A stretch of DNA of 64,000 bases from Podarcis cretensis (lineage: Eukaryota). The first letter of the stretch is position 1. Each line of letters starts with the position of its first letter. The stretch is taken from NCBI GenBank assembly GCA_951804945.1, contig OX638152.1, forward strand, positions 41,912,001 to 41,976,000, written 5' to 3'. The notes beneath the pieces are model-generated. The model was not told the origin of the DNA. It saw nothing but the letters and a program-made list of their open reading frames with translations, and made no database searches. A program made the translations under genes and the position numbers. This document shows positions 63,926 to 64,000 of the stretch, piece after piece.

Positions 63926-63927
<2 letters not shown>

Positions 63928-63961
<34 letters not shown>
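63928..63961. repeat. (GT)n microsatellite
   Basis: Direct reading. Confidence 0.95.
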
Positions 63962-63965
<4 letters not shown>

Positions 63966-64000
63966 AACCTTTTCTGTGCCAGTGGGCATCAATTTAAAGC

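Noticed and set aside
47600-64000. Exons of a neighbouring gene (e.g. STYXL2/DUSP27, adjacent in mammals)
   Set aside because: No recognisable coding sequence was seen. Small exons cannot be excluded without alignment.

Overview
Eukaryotic (squamate reptile, most likely lacertid lizard) genomic DNA, with no CRISPR, operon or prokaryotic system. The only recognisable host coding sequence is coding exon 1 of POU2F1/Oct-1 (minus strand, 42699-42642, MADGGAASQDESSAAAVAA + phase-1 GT donor), inside a CpG-island promoter (~41.5-43.3 kb). Positions 1-42641 are therefore probably intron 1 (exon 2 not seen) and positions beyond 43.3 kb are upstream intergenic DNA. The rest is transposon-derived: BovB (one 2.6-kb near-intact copy, two 3' stubs), Sauria/Squam1 and Squam3 SINEs, CR1, L2 and L1-type 3' ends, TA-targeting Tc1/mariner-pogo MITEs, hAT MITEs and a 3.65-kb composite hAT element upstream of the promoter. 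Most notable: (1) an RTE-derived non-coding element with a 5' inversion and an HDV-like ribozyme fold (25460-26461); (2) a fold-back hairpin at the BovB 5' junction; (3) candidate Oct-1 autoregulatory sites and a duplicated E2F site in the CpG island; (4) a TE-borne 41-nt exon-like unit upstream of POU2F1. Family names come from recall of consensus sequences, not from database searches.
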